Shown piece by piece: positions 63,781-64,000 of a stretch of 64,000 nucleotides of DNA. The notes beneath the pieces are model-generated. The model was not told the DNA's origin, did no database searches, and was given only the letters and a program-made list of their open reading frames with translations. Numbering within the stretch: position 1 is the stretch's first letter; each line of letters starts with the position of its first letter. A program made the translations under genes and the position numbers. Origin of the DNA: Victivallaceae bacterium (lineage in GTDB: Bacteria > Verrucomicrobiota > Lentisphaeria > Victivallales > Victivallaceae); contig JAZMZK010000018.1 in the NCBI GenBank assembly GCA_045585955.1, forward strand, positions 25,450 through 89,449, given 5' to 3'.

Positions 63781-64000
63781 TTATTCGGCGTGTTTCAGAA
63801 TAAAATCCGTCAGCTGCTTCGGGTTATCCAAACCGTGGGGATGATGACCGTAAAACTTGTGGTTTATGACGGTCAAATTTCCACCCGCAGCCTTAAAGTT
63901 TTTGGCAAAAATATCGAAGTTGGTCTTGTTGGGCACCGTCTGATCTTCGCCATGACGGATAGCGATCACCGGTATTCCGGCTTTGGCGATGACCTTGCAG
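63781..64000 (-). CDS. Alpha/beta-hydrolase (esterase/peptidase-like), 5' partial at the window edge
   Basis: The C-terminal segment ...GIPVIAIRHGEDQTVP...HHPHGLDNP resembles the catalytic Asp/His region of dienelactone-hydrolase/esterase folds. The frame stays open to nt 64000. Confidence 0.55.
   Translation of the reverse strand, partial: CKVIAKAGIPVIAIRHGEDQTVPNKTNFDIFAKNFKAAGGNLTVINHKFYGHHPHGLDNPKQLTDFILKHAE

Overview
This is a 64-kb bacterial chromosomal window. GC is roughly mid-40s to 50% by eye. Operons are compact, with many 4-8 nt start/stop overlaps. Long stop-free antisense frames lie opposite most real genes and are artefacts. Most of the window is housekeeping: leuCD, type-2 ileS, a thi4-thiE-thiD-thiC operon behind a TPP riboswitch, thrC, murD, parC/parE, comF, tRNA-Asn, a sigma-54 two-component pair, glycosyltransferases and secreted proteins. 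The stand-out is an 11-gene, ~11.9-kb minus-strand operon (35817-47702). It runs HydE-type radical SAM, then NifH-like plus two nitrogenase component-1-like subunits, then a second paralogous NifH-like plus two component-1-like subunits, then HypF-HypC-HypD-HypE. All junctions overlap or lie within 17 nt. A TM1266-type ACT-like regulator gene with its own terminator sits just upstream. No hydrogenase structural gene, hypA/hypB, hydF/hydG or nifB/nifV is present in the window. I read this as a candidate uncharacterised metallocofactor-assembly or reductase system. It combines parts of [FeFe]-hydrogenase, [NiFe]-hydrogenase and nitrogenase-superfamily maturation machinery. Accessory features are: (1) an AT-rich restriction-modification island next to tRNA-Asn, with a C-protein, a fused m5C+m6A methyltransferase, an HNH nuclease, a small ORF and a truncated ATPase, bracketed by ~160-196 bp direct repeats carrying a phased GCTTCAT motif array; (2) a duplicated tRNA 3' end; (3) an orphan three-gene phage head module (scaffold, capsid, adaptor); (4) a solitary N6-adenine methyltransferase translationally abutted to the ileS operon; (5) a 36-aa very basic unannotated sORF; (6) a TrpC-like protein with apparently degenerate catalytic residues. 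No CRISPR array, rRNA, transposase or integrase was seen.
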